Shown in pieces: positions 38,502 through 48,240 of a stretch of 64,000 nucleotides of DNA (position 1 is the first letter of the stretch; every line of letters begins with the position of its first letter). The DNA is taken from assembly GCA_019752925.1 (NCBI GenBank), contig JAIELP010000008.1, positions 101,223-165,222 on the forward strand, given 5' to 3'. The translations under genes and the position numbers were made by a program. This stretch comes from a bacterium. Lineage in GTDB: Bacteria > Bdellovibrionota > Bdellovibrionia > Bdellovibrionales > Bdellovibrionaceae. The notes beneath the pieces are model-generated. The model saw nothing but the letters and a program-made list of their open reading frames with translations. It had not been told where the DNA came from and made no database searches.

Positions 38502-40585
38502 CCTATTCCCGCCAGTGCTGTGGGACCATGAGCTTTTAACAGTTCTTCTTTAAGAGACTGATTTTCTTTTTTATTTAGTTTTGGATCTCTGTGCAAAATT
38601 TCGAAGGCCGCATCTCTTGCTGCTTTTAAAGTTTCGAAATCTCTTACTAAGTTGGCCATTTTAAATCCCGGAAGTCCTGATTGTTTTGAACCCATGAATT
38701 CGCCCGGGCCGCGGATTTCTAAATCGAACTCAGCCACCTTAAAACCATCACTGGTTTTTTCCATAAACTCCACTCGCTCGCGAGTTTCTTGAGAAACAGC
38801 ATAGCCCATAATCATAATACAAAAACTTTTATGCTGACCACGACCTACTCGGCCACGTAACTGGTGTAATTGCGACAAACCGAATCTTTCTGAATGCTCA
38901 ATCATCATAATCGTAGAATTAGGAACGTCTACACCTACTTCAATTACCGTGGTTGAAACCAAGACATCGATTTTATGTTCACGGAACTGAGTCATGACTT
39001 CGTCTTTTTCGGCAGGCTTCATTTTTCCGTGCAACAAACCAAACCGCACTTTCGGATATTGCTTTTGAAGTTTGTCGTACTCTTCGGTGGCATTTTTTAA
39101 ATCAATCTTTTCGCTTTCTTCTACTAACGGATACACCACATAGGCTTGGCGGCCCCGGGCTATATGATCCATCATAAAATCAAGAGCCTGTGCTCGTTTT
39201 GATTCAGTAATAACCCGGGTTTGAATGGGCGTACGGCCCTCTGGCATTTCGTTAATAATTGAAACATCTAGGTCGCCATAAACAGTCATAGCCAAGGTTC
39301 GCGGAATAGGAGTTGCTGTCATAATTAAAAAATGTGGCGATGTACCTTTGTTCTTTAATAGCCCTCGCTGTTCAACACCGAATCTGTGTTGCTCATCGAT
39401 GATAACTAAACCTAAATTCTGAAATTGCACCCAATCTTCGATTAAAGCATGAGTGCCGATTAAAAAATGAATTTCTCCCGCCTGTAGTTTTTCTTGAATT
39501 TCTTTGCGCTCTTTGGTTTTACTTTTTCCTGTCAATAAACCAATTTTTACACCTAGAGGTTCTAAAATTTTTTGCGCGTTTTTAAAGTGCTGTTCAGCTA
39601 AAATTTCAGTTGGAGCCATTAAACAAGTTTGAAAGCCTGAATCAAAAGCTTTTAATGCCGACATAAAACTAACCAAGGTTTTACCTGACCCTACATCCCC
39701 TTGCACCAAGCGGTTCATAGGTTTACCGGATTCCAGATCTTTTTTGATATCGTAGTAAGATCCCATTTGAGCGTTTGTTAATTTAAAAGGTAAAACTTTA
39801 ACTAATTTTTCCAGGCTTTTTTCTAAAGATGAAAACACTAAGCCCTTTTCATTTTTTAAACCGGATTTTTTTGACGCCAAGTACAGCTCTAACCAAAAAA
39901 ATTCTTCAAATATAATTCTTCGATGGGAGTCCGATTTAAATTCGTTATAGGCGGCTGCATTTTCAGGCTCTGGTTTATGAATACGGTATAGAGCTTCATC
40001 TACGCCGATCAGTTTTTGTTTGCGAACCAACTCAAGCGGTAGTTTTTCAGCAGGCCATTCTTTAATTTGCTCAAAGCTCGATTGAATCATTTTTTCAATT
40101 TTAGCAGAGCTTAAACCTTCGGTTTCTACGTAAATAGGAATTAAAGCATCTTTTAAATCTTCGTCAGGGTCGATATCTCGCAAATCCGGATGATGAAACT
40201 CTAATCGTCCGCGATAGTTGGTTACTTTACCAACAACACGCACCTCTTTACCTTGCTGAAATCTTTCAAAGTAGCCTTTGTACGGCGTGCGAAAATATTT
40301 GCAGCGGATTTGTCCCGAGTTATCGCGCACCATTATGTCGTAAATTTTGCGTGTGGATTTCCCCATAGCATAAGAAGAAACACCCATCACTTTGGCTTTA
40401 AGGCTCACCACGTCGTTTTCTTTAAGGCTTGCAATGTTGCGTGCTGCTCTACGATCTTCATAGGCACGAGGATAGTTTTGCAAAAGGTCTCTAACCGTTT
40501 TAATTCCGTGGCGCGAGAACAAAGCACCAAGCTTTGGTCCGACTCCTTTTACATATTGAATTTCGGTCTCTAGACGAAGGGCCAT
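38498..40585 (-). CDS. recG: ATP-dependent DNA helicase RecG
   Basis: YPRAYEDR, QGDVGSGKT, DEQHRFG, SQLHQLRGRVGRG, RGPGE. Confidence 0.97.
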   Translation of the reverse strand: MALRLETEIQYVKGVGPKLGALFSRHGIKTVRDLLQNYPRAYEDRRAARNIASLKENDVVSLKAKVMGVSSYAMGKSTRKIYDIMVRDNSGQIRCKYFRTPYKGYFERFQQGKEVRVVGKVTNYRGRLEFHHPDLRDIDPDEDLKDALIPIYVETEGLSSAKIEKMIQSSFEQIKEWPAEKLPLELVRKQKLIGVDEALYRIHKPEPENAAAYNEFKSDSHRRIIFEEFFWLELYLASKKSGLKNEKGLVFSSLEKSLEKLVKVLPFKLTNAQMGSYYDIKKDLESGKPMNRLVQGDVGSGKTLVSFMSALKAFDSGFQTCLMAPTEILAEQHFKNAQKILEPLGVKIGLLTGKSKTKERKEIQEKLQAGEIHFLIGTHALIEDWVQFQNLGLVIIDEQHRFGVEQRGLLKNKGTSPHFLIMTATPIPRTLAMTVYGDLDVSIINEMPEGRTPIQTRVITESKRAQALDFMMDHIARGRQAYVVYPLVEESEKIDLKNATEEYDKLQKQYPKVRFGLLHGKMKPAEKDEVMTQFREHKIDVLVSTTVIEVGVDVPNSTIMMIEHSERFGLSQLHQLRGRVGRGQHKSFCIMIMGYAVSQETRERVEFMEKTSDGFKVAEFDLEIRGPGEFMGSKQSGLPGFKMANLVRDFETLKAARDAAFEILHRDPKLNKKENQSLKEELLKAHGPTALAGIG

Positions 40586-40648
40586 GACTTCATTTGAAGC
40601 CAAAAAAAAAGCTTCGTCAAACAGTCAAAACAGATACACTTGTAAAAG

Positions 40649-41599
40649 ATGGATTTAACTGAATATTTTCGTATTAGACTCAGTACGGTAAGAGCCTTTG
40701 AGGACCTGCCTTTTGATATTTATATTTACCTTGATGGTAAAATGATCACCTACGTAAAAATAGGCAGCCAGCTCACCCGCGAAAAAATCTCGCACTTACA
40801 CGGAAAAGACACCGGCGAATCTTTTTATGTTCACTTAAGTCATCAGCAAATTTACCGCGATCACGTTAAATTTTCGATGAATTCAGATAAAATTACTAAC
40901 GATGAAAAAGCCAATATCTTGCGTGAAACCTCAATTGGTATTTTAGAAGACCTTTATGAAGCTCCCGATGTAGGCAAGGCTCTTGAGCAATCAAAGCCTA
41001 TCATCACAGAGCTGCTCACTTTCATGGATAATGCGCCGGAATCTATTGGTAAATTAATCAGCCTTTCCGGACACGATTTTTACACTTACAACCACTCTTT
41101 TGACGTGAGCATTTACTCTTTAGGGCTTGGACAAGCTCTCGGTTTTGATAAAAAGACTTTAGAAGAATTAGGTCAAAGCTCTCTGTTTCACGATGTGGGT
41201 AAACGCAATGTTCCTATTGAAATTTTATGCAAAAAAGGCCCCCTCGATGAAAATGAATGGGTGCAAATGCGCATGCATCCCACCTATGGTTTAAAAATTT
41301 TAAATGAACATACAGGCATCAGCGACGCCATCAAAGCCGCTTGCTACGAACATCATGAATCTTGGACCGGTGGTGGTTACCCGCAAGATCTTTCTGGAAA
41401 CGAAATCCACCCATTTGGTCGCATTGTAGCCCTCACCGACACCTACGACGCTATGACTACGCAAAGATCCTACAATAAACCTATGAAGCCCACTGAGGCT
41501 CTGAACATGATGAAAGAAAAGATATCCGGCCGATTCGATCCCGATATGCTTAACGCCATGTATTCAATTCTTTTTAAAATGGAAAAGAAAGTTTCTTAG
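40649..41599 (+). CDS. HD-GYP domain cyclic-dinucleotide phosphodiesterase
   Basis: YNHS, FHDVGK, EHHE, GGGYP, DTYDAMT, GRFDP. Confidence 0.9.
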   Translation: MDLTEYFRIRLSTVRAFEDLPFDIYIYLDGKMITYVKIGSQLTREKISHLHGKDTGESFYVHLSHQQIYRDHVKFSMNSDKITNDEKANILRETSIGILEDLYEAPDVGKALEQSKPIITELLTFMDNAPESIGKLISLSGHDFYTYNHSFDVSIYSLGLGQALGFDKKTLEELGQSSLFHDVGKRNVPIEILCKKGPLDENEWVQMRMHPTYGLKILNEHTGISDAIKAACYEHHESWTGGGYPQDLSGNEIHPFGRIVALTDTYDAMTTQRSYNKPMKPTEALNMMKEKISGRFDPDMLNAMYSILFKMEKKVS

Positions 41600-41635
41600 T
41601 TTAACATCTAGCAATCACATTACGGAGAAAACACC

Positions 41636-42550
41636 ATGGCCTCACCTAACGGTTCAACTAAAGTTATTGTCATTGCCCTATTTGCCAACTTAGGAATTGC
41701 CCTAACTAAATTTGCAGGTGCTGTCTTTACAAAAAGTGCCTCAATGATGGCTGAAGCCATTCACTCACTGGCCGACTGTACCAATCAGGTGTTTTTATTA
41801 ATCGGCGCTAAAAAATCACAAAAACCTGCAGATGAAATGCATCCACTGGGTTACGGACGTGAAAGTTTTTTTTGGTCGTTCTTAGTGGCGATTTTACTTT
41901 TCTCAATGGGTGGTATGTTTGCCATTTACGAAGGTGTTCATAAACTTTCAGGAGCCGATCAAGAACTTAAAATGCCTTTCGTTGGCGTTGGTATCTTAGT
42001 GCTTTCTATTTTGCTTGAAGCCGGTTCTTGCTGGGCCTGCCTTAAGGAAGTTAATAAACAAAATACCTATGGAAGTTTATGGCAGTGGTTCCGCAAATCG
42101 ACTGCTTCTGATCTGGTTGTGATTTTCATGGAAGACTTAGCTGCACTTTTAGGTTTAGTTCTAGCGTTGATTTTCTTATGTATTGCAATTGCTACAAACA
42201 ATGCGGTTTGGGATGCCTATGGTTCAATTACCATCGGAGCACTCCTAATTGTGGTTTCTGTATTATTAGCTAACGAGGTTAAATCTTTATTAGTGGGTGA
42301 AGCCCCTTCAAAAAACTACAAAGATGAAGTGCAAAAGCATTTCACAGATATTGCCCCCGGAATGAAGGTATTAAAGTTTATTGCTCTAGTAACCGGTAAT
42401 AACGAACTTTTGGTGAGCCTTAAAGTTCATCCTGGTTCAAAAACCACCAGTGCCAGCTTGATTGATGCTATTAATGCTGCTGAAGTTGCAATTAAAAAGC
42501 AATTTCCGGAGATTAGATGGTTGTTTGTGGAGCCGGATAATCAGGAGTAA
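41636..42550 (+). CDS. Cation diffusion facilitator (CDF) transporter
   Basis: AEAIHSLAD, HPLGYGRE, FMEDLAAL, multiple TM helices. Confidence 0.92.
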   Translation: MASPNGSTKVIVIALFANLGIALTKFAGAVFTKSASMMAEAIHSLADCTNQVFLLIGAKKSQKPADEMHPLGYGRESFFWSFLVAILLFSMGGMFAIYEGVHKLSGADQELKMPFVGVGILVLSILLEAGSCWACLKEVNKQNTYGSLWQWFRKSTASDLVVIFMEDLAALLGLVLALIFLCIAIATNNAVWDAYGSITIGALLIVVSVLLANEVKSLLVGEAPSKNYKDEVQKHFTDIAPGMKVLKFIALVTGNNELLVSLKVHPGSKTTSASLIDAINAAEVAIKKQFPEIRWLFVEPDNQE

Positions 42551-42558
42551 AGAAATAT

Positions 42559-43131
42559 CTAAGAAGTCTGATTTTTATCTAAAATTTTTAATAAAATTTT
42601 CTGCTTAATGGAATAATCACTACCGTATGCAGCAGTCGCCAACAACTCGATCTTTATAATGTCTGAAAAAATAGTAAGTGATGTAAGCCCCAAAGAATGC
42701 TTTTTTTGTGATATTTTATAATTATCAAATATAAAGGAGTGTTCTTCACCCTTGGTCCATCTGCTCTTAACTCGAATGTAAATACTTTCTAAACTAACTA
42801 TGTGATCACGAAAACAAACTTCATCTTTATTATTCAAGATCTCATGTTCAAAATACTTAAACAGATGCGAATCTTCAGCTTTAAACGCTGAAATATTATG
42901 AATATGAATATTTTTTCCATCATTCAATTCAATAGCCGCTAAAACTCCTCTACCAATAAAAATTCTTACATCTTTAATCTCGGAAAAAAGCAATTTTTTT
43001 TCTTTATAAAATATATGTTTATATGTAAGATGATTTTCAAATATCTTGCATACGACCAAACTGGGTAGAGTGTTTAATAAAAAAACAAAAATAATCAGAA
43101 AAATTATATAGAACAAGGAAATTCCTGCCAA
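42559..43131 (-). CDS. Hypothetical AT-rich membrane-anchored protein
   Basis: TTG start, N-terminal TM, then a bPH-like segment (KKLLFSEIKDV); visibly more AT-rich than neighbours. Confidence 0.55.
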   Translation of the reverse strand: MAGISLFYIIFLIIFVFLLNTLPSLVVCKIFENHLTYKHIFYKEKKLLFSEIKDVRIFIGRGVLAAIELNDGKNIHIHNISAFKAEDSHLFKYFEHEILNNKDEVCFRDHIVSLESIYIRVKSRWTKGEEHSFIFDNYKISQKKHSLGLTSLTIFSDIIKIELLATAAYGSDYSIKQKILLKILDKNQTS

Positions 43132-43140
43132 TCTAATAAT

Positions 43141-43674
43141 CTACAAACAATTCTTATCCGACCACTTAACAAAGCACAAATCCGCTTTTTTAAGAACAGT
43201 CATTGGGTTACGCACTTCCCACACGGGCATTACTTCTGCCTCAGCTTGCGGGATTAGGTTTTTATTCATCTTGCGGTAGTCTTCAATAGGAACCATTGAA
43301 ACATTTTTTACATCTAATTGCTGAAGCAACCAGTTCCATTTTTTATTTTCAACTGAGTCGGCTTTATCAGAAATTAAAACTACAGATTTTAAAGGAGAAA
43401 TCCCACGTTTTGCTAAGCGCTCAACTGTTTGAGCCATATCGGGATCTAAAACTCTGGTTTTAGTTTTTGTATTTTTTAAAATCAGAAAGCTTTCTGAATT
43501 TAAGTTTACACTGCCCGCTACATGGTATGTGGCGTATTCAAATGCAGGGCGTGTGTCTACAAGCACAACATTTTTAGCGTAATTGTTAGTTGATTCTTCT
43601 TCAATGCGCGTTGGGGCCTGTTGGCAGGCCACAACTGCAAAACCTAGAGCCAATAAAACTAACTTATTTAACAT
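43141..43674 (-). CDS. Rhodanese-like lipoprotein
   Basis: Lipobox VVAC; LVDTRPAFEYATYHVAGSVNL; no clear catalytic Cys loop. Confidence 0.75.
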   Translation of the reverse strand: MLNKLVLLALGFAVVACQQAPTRIEEESTNNYAKNVVLVDTRPAFEYATYHVAGSVNLNSESFLILKNTKTKTRVLDPDMAQTVERLAKRGISPLKSVVLISDKADSVENKKWNWLLQQLDVKNVSMVPIEDYRKMNKNLIPQAEAEVMPVWEVRNPMTVLKKADLCFVKWSDKNCL

Positions 43675-45151
43675 TGTGATTAATCTTCATTGTTGGGAAG
43701 AAGATGATGTCACGAATACTCGGACGATCCGTTAAGATCATCACGATGCGCTCGATACCTAAACCTACGCCGCCTGTTGGTGGCATACCGGTTTCGATAG
43801 CATGTAGGAAGTCTTCATCCATTGGATGAGCTTCTTCATCGTGACCACGTTTAGATTCTTGCTCTTTTAAGCGGTTACGTTGCTCTTCCGGATCGTTTAA
43901 CTCTGAGTATGAGTTACCGATTTCCATACAAGCCGCAAAAGGTTCAAAGCGCTCAACTAATTTATTATTACCGCGGTGAATTTTAGTTAACGGAGAAATC
44001 TCTACCGGATGGTCCATAACCATGGTTGGTTGCCACAAGTGAGGCTCTGCTGCAAATTCAAAAACCTTCATTTGCTTTTCACCTTTTGAAAGATTTTCTA
44101 ATTTAAGAGGCTTGTCTGAATTCTTTTTTAAGTACTCATCTAAAGCTTTTTCATCCTGAGGATCAATTTCAGCATACTGCTTGATACCGTCCATTACTGT
44201 TAAACGTCTCCAAGGAGTAGCAAAATCAATTTCTTTTTCTTGGTATATAACCTTAGTAGTACCGTGAATTTCTTTACAAACAGTTGAAACTAATTCTTCA
44301 AATTGTTTCATTTGATAATTGTAATCTGTGTAAGCTTCGTAAAACTCAAGCATTGTAAATTCCGGATTATGAGAACGGTCGATACCTTCGTTACGGAAGT
44401 TTTTACCGATTTCATAAACTTTTTCAAAACCACCTACGATGAGGCGTTTTAAATAAAGCTCAGGGGAAATTTTCATGTAAAGCTTCATGTCTAAAGCTCT
44501 GTGATGAGTTGTAAACGGATGAGCAGCAGCACCGCCGTACAAAGGCTGTAAGGTCGGAGTTTCAACTTCCATAAAGCCACGCTCGTCTAAGAATTTTTTA
44601 ATGGCTTTAATGATTCTACCGCGAATAACAAAAACTTTGCGGGATTCAGGGTCAGAAATTAAATCTAAGTGGCGGTGGCGGTATTTAATTTCAACATCTT
44701 GAATTCCATGGAATTTTTCTGGAAGAGGCTCAAGAGTTTTAGTTAAAACCTGAAATGATTTTACATAAAGTGAGAGCTCACCTTTTTGCGATTTAAATAC
44801 ATAACCTTCAACGCCAACGATGTCGCCTAAGTCGATTAAGTCAAAAACGGATTTATCTTGCTCAGACAACTCTTCAACTTTTACGTAACACTGTAAAGAT
44901 CCGCTTTGGTCCTGAACATTAAAAAAGCTGGCCTTACCCATTTGACGAACAGTCATTAAGCGACCGGCAATTTTAAATACGGACTCAGGTTTTTTATCGC
45001 CTGCGTTTAAATTGTTGAAATCCGCGATGATCTTTTCAATGTGAGCCGTTTTATCAAAAGAGTATGGGTATGGATTAATACCCTTCTCACGCATAGCGTG
45101 GAGTTTTTTTCTTTTTTCGGCTTTGATCGGATTATCGTGGATGTCAGACAT
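43664..45151 (-). CDS. lysS: Lysine--tRNA ligase (class II)
   Basis: MGKASF, YRHRHLDL, FRNEG, HNPEF, GMPPTGGVGLGIERIVM. Confidence 0.98.
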   Translation of the reverse strand: MSDIHDNPIKAEKRKKLHAMREKGINPYPYSFDKTAHIEKIIADFNNLNAGDKKPESVFKIAGRLMTVRQMGKASFFNVQDQSGSLQCYVKVEELSEQDKSVFDLIDLGDIVGVEGYVFKSQKGELSLYVKSFQVLTKTLEPLPEKFHGIQDVEIKYRHRHLDLISDPESRKVFVIRGRIIKAIKKFLDERGFMEVETPTLQPLYGGAAAHPFTTHHRALDMKLYMKISPELYLKRLIVGGFEKVYEIGKNFRNEGIDRSHNPEFTMLEFYEAYTDYNYQMKQFEELVSTVCKEIHGTTKVIYQEKEIDFATPWRRLTVMDGIKQYAEIDPQDEKALDEYLKKNSDKPLKLENLSKGEKQMKVFEFAAEPHLWQPTMVMDHPVEISPLTKIHRGNNKLVERFEPFAACMEIGNSYSELNDPEEQRNRLKEQESKRGHDEEAHPMDEDFLHAIETGMPPTGGVGLGIERIVMILTDRPSIRDIIFFPTMKINHNVK

Positions 45152-45177
45152 ATTTTTAATTCTCTCTTGTTAAAAAA

Positions 45178-46104
45178 TTATTTTAAAGGCTTTCCTGCAA
45201 AAGCTTCCATCACGTTATGAAGTAACTCGATAGATTCTTTTTTAGGTCTTTGGAAAGCATTACGGCCCATAATAGAACCGAAAGCTCCACCCTGTGCCAA
45301 CTGTTTTACTTCTTCAAGTAATTCAGGAGTACCTTTAGCTTCGCCACCTGAGAAGATCACAACACGCTTGCCATTGAAGCAAGATTTAACAACGTGATCA
45401 ATACGTTGAGCTAATGTGCCAACTTTAATACCTTGAGCTTCATAAACTTTTTTAGCTTCCGCTTGTTCAATGTGAGCAGTTGGTGGTTTTACTTTAATGA
45501 TGTTGGCACCTAATTGAGCTGCGATGTGAGCCGAGTAAGCAATAACGTCAATACCAGTTTCACCTTCTTTAGAAATTTGCTCGCCACGTGCGTACGACCA
45601 GATAACAACTGCAAGGCCTGCTTTTTTAGCTTGGCGTGAAGCTTCAGCGATTTCTTCGTACATTTGTTTACGGTGAGCTGAGCCCGGATAAATTGTAAAA
45701 CCAATTCCCGCACAACCTAAACGTAAAGCATCGTCTACAGAAGAAGTTAATGCTGAGATCGGAGCCTTTGAACCGTAAAGAACATCAGAGTTATTAATTT
45801 TTAAAATTAACGGAATTTCGCCGGCGTAATCACGCGCACAAGCCTCTAAAGCACCGATTGGAGCAGCATAAGCATTACAGCCTGACTCAATAGCTAATTC
45901 AAAGTGGTAAGCAGGATCGTAAGCATCTGGATTTTTAGCGAAGCTTCTTGCGGCTCCGTGCTCAAAACCTTGGTCCACAGGAAGAATAACTAATTTACCT
46001 GTGCCCGCTAATTTACCCGTATTCATCATGCGGGCCATATTTGTTAAAACCCCAACGTTTTCAGCTCCATACCAGCTTAAAATCTCGCGTACTCTTGGCG
46101 TCAT
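45178..46104 (-). CDS. fbaB: Class I (DhnA-type) fructose-bisphosphate aldolase
   Basis: LPVDQGFEHG, WSYARG, NIIKVK Schiff-base Lys, GRNAFQR. Confidence 0.92.
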   Translation of the reverse strand: MTPRVREILSWYGAENVGVLTNMARMMNTGKLAGTGKLVILPVDQGFEHGAARSFAKNPDAYDPAYHFELAIESGCNAYAAPIGALEACARDYAGEIPLILKINNSDVLYGSKAPISALTSSVDDALRLGCAGIGFTIYPGSAHRKQMYEEIAEASRQAKKAGLAVVIWSYARGEQISKEGETGIDVIAYSAHIAAQLGANIIKVKPPTAHIEQAEAKKVYEAQGIKVGTLAQRIDHVVKSCFNGKRVVIFSGGEAKGTPELLEEVKQLAQGGAFGSIMGRNAFQRPKKESIELLHNVMEAFAGKPLK

Positions 46105-46225
46105 GTGATCTCCTTAATTGATCTAAGATTAAACAAACATAAAACTTAGTAAAAATACGGCTATCTAGCAAGAATTATAGAGATAATTTGACTTTCCTAA
46201 CACAGCTGATAAAACAATTAGCACT

Positions 46226-46768
46226 ATGAAAGTTACATTTGAACCAACACCAAATCCAGCCACTATGAAATTTAACTTCGGTCAGAAGATCGCAGACCAG
46301 TCTTATGACTTCCCGAATGTTGAGTCTTCGGAGCAATCCCCACTGGCTGCTAAAATTTTTGGCTTTCCATGGACAGCTTCAGTTTATTTAGGTGAGGATT
46401 TTGTAACTGTAACTAAGCAAGACTGGGTTGATTGGGACATTTTAGCAACACCTCTGGCCGGCTTACTGGGCGAACACGTTGAAAGTGGTCAACCTATTGT
46501 GATCAAATTAGAGGCGAGCCTTGATGAGAGCCAAAACGACAGCCCTGTTGTTAAACAAATTAAACGTATTTTACAAAATGAAATTAAACCTGTTGTTGCT
46601 CTTGATGGCGGCGATATCGTGTTTTCTAAATACGAAAATAATAAACTTTATATTCACATGCGTGGTTCCTGCGCCGGCTGCCCCAGTTCGCAAGCCACTT
46701 TAAAAGATGGAATTGAAGTTCGCATGAAAGAACTGATTCCTGAAATTACTGAAGTAATAGCGGTTTAA
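46226..46768 (+). CDS. NifU/NFU1-type Fe-S scaffold with N-terminal Nfu_N domain
   Basis: TPNPATMKF, DGGDI, GSCAGCPSS. Confidence 0.92.
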   Translation: MKVTFEPTPNPATMKFNFGQKIADQSYDFPNVESSEQSPLAAKIFGFPWTASVYLGEDFVTVTKQDWVDWDILATPLAGLLGEHVESGQPIVIKLEASLDESQNDSPVVKQIKRILQNEIKPVVALDGGDIVFSKYENNKLYIHMRGSCAGCPSSQATLKDGIEVRMKELIPEITEVIAV

Positions 46769-46772
46769 ATCA

Positions 46773-48240
46773 CTAATTTTCCGTAAACACATAAACAGCA
46801 CCAGAGTTTCCAGATGAATTATCCGGAGAGGCCATACTGCCATTTGTGATTGTGACTTGGTTGGAATCTTCACTGAAAGCACCCACCGCAATCACTGAGC
46901 CGTCGATAGCCACATCTTGTCCGAGAATATCTCCCGCTTCCATATTTGAAGATTTAATATAATTTATTGGAGACCAATAAGATCCATATCTCTGATACAC
47001 ATAAACGGCACCGGCTCCGGAAGCGGTGGTATCATTTGAAGAATTAATTCCAGCTATTGGCGAGGTTTGCGCAGACGACTCGTTCGTAGCTCCCACAACC
47101 AGTCTGTCTTTATAAAATGCCAGTGAAGAACCAAAGGCTGCACTGGCTGTTGCGTTAGATGCTTTGATGTAAGCCTCTTGGCTCCAGTTTACTCCGTCGC
47201 GGCTAAATACATACACAGCACCTGAAAATGTAAGCCCAACACTAGGGCTGGCCGTCGTGCCATGACTTATAAAATTTTGGCTGGAGCTTTCTTGTGTGGC
47301 CGATACAGCTATACTATTACCGCTAATGGCCACATCGTAGCCAAAATTGAGACTTGTGGTTGAATTAGATGGCTTGATAAAAGACTCTTGAGCCCAGTTT
47401 GTGCCCGTTCTTTTAAAAATATACACAGCTCCCGAATTGGATAAACTATCATCCGAATTAGCCGTTGAGCCATTGGTAATACTCGCCTGATTTGAATCTT
47501 CAAAAAGACTTGATGCCACAATGGTATCGCCCTGAATGTCGACACTAGTACCAAAATTATCTCCGCCTCCCACATTAGGAGCTTTGATGTAAGCCTCTTG
47601 AACCCATGTGGCACCGGTTCTCTTAAATACGTAAACCGCACCCGATGCTATAGCGGCGTCGTCTGCGCTGGCTGTAGATCCATTGGTAATTGTATTTTGT
47701 GATGAAGATTCGCCTTTAGCACCCACAACTAATGTATCACCAGAAATGGCCACACTGGTTCCAAAAAAATCGCTGGCGCCGGCATTAGGAGCTTTGATGT
47801 AGGCTTCCTGAACCCATGTAGCACCCGTACGCTTGTAAACATAGACGGCACCTGAATCAGTTGATGAATTATCGGAGCTCGAAGATGGACCATTTATAAT
47901 TGTAAGTTGATTTGAATCTTCGTTCGGTGCTCCAACAACCAAAGTATCTGCATCAATATCAATTGCTAGCCCAAAGAAATCTGAGGCCTCTGAATTGGAC
48001 GCTTTTATATAGGCTTCTTGCGCCCAGCTCGGAGACTTTAAATAAACATACACAGCGCCGGCATTGCTATTTGCATTGTTCGCACTGGCCGCCGATCCGT
48101 TAGTTATTGTTATTTGATTTGAAGCCTCTTGCTTAGCGGTAACAGCCACAGTGTTACCGCTCATAGCAACTCTATAACCAAAAAGGTCGCTGGGGTCAGC
48201 GTTAACAGCTTTGATATATGCCGATTGACTGTACTGTTTA
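46773..48240 (-). repeat. Intragenic coding tandem repeats (7 FG-GAP units)
   Basis: Repeated protein units; the DNA is also recognisably repeated (e.g. gctttgatgtaagcctcttg at 47161 and 47581). Confidence 0.85.

Noticed and set aside
46773-48240. DNA-level repeats as a CRISPR array or mobile repeat
   Set aside because: They are in-frame FG-GAP coding repeats.
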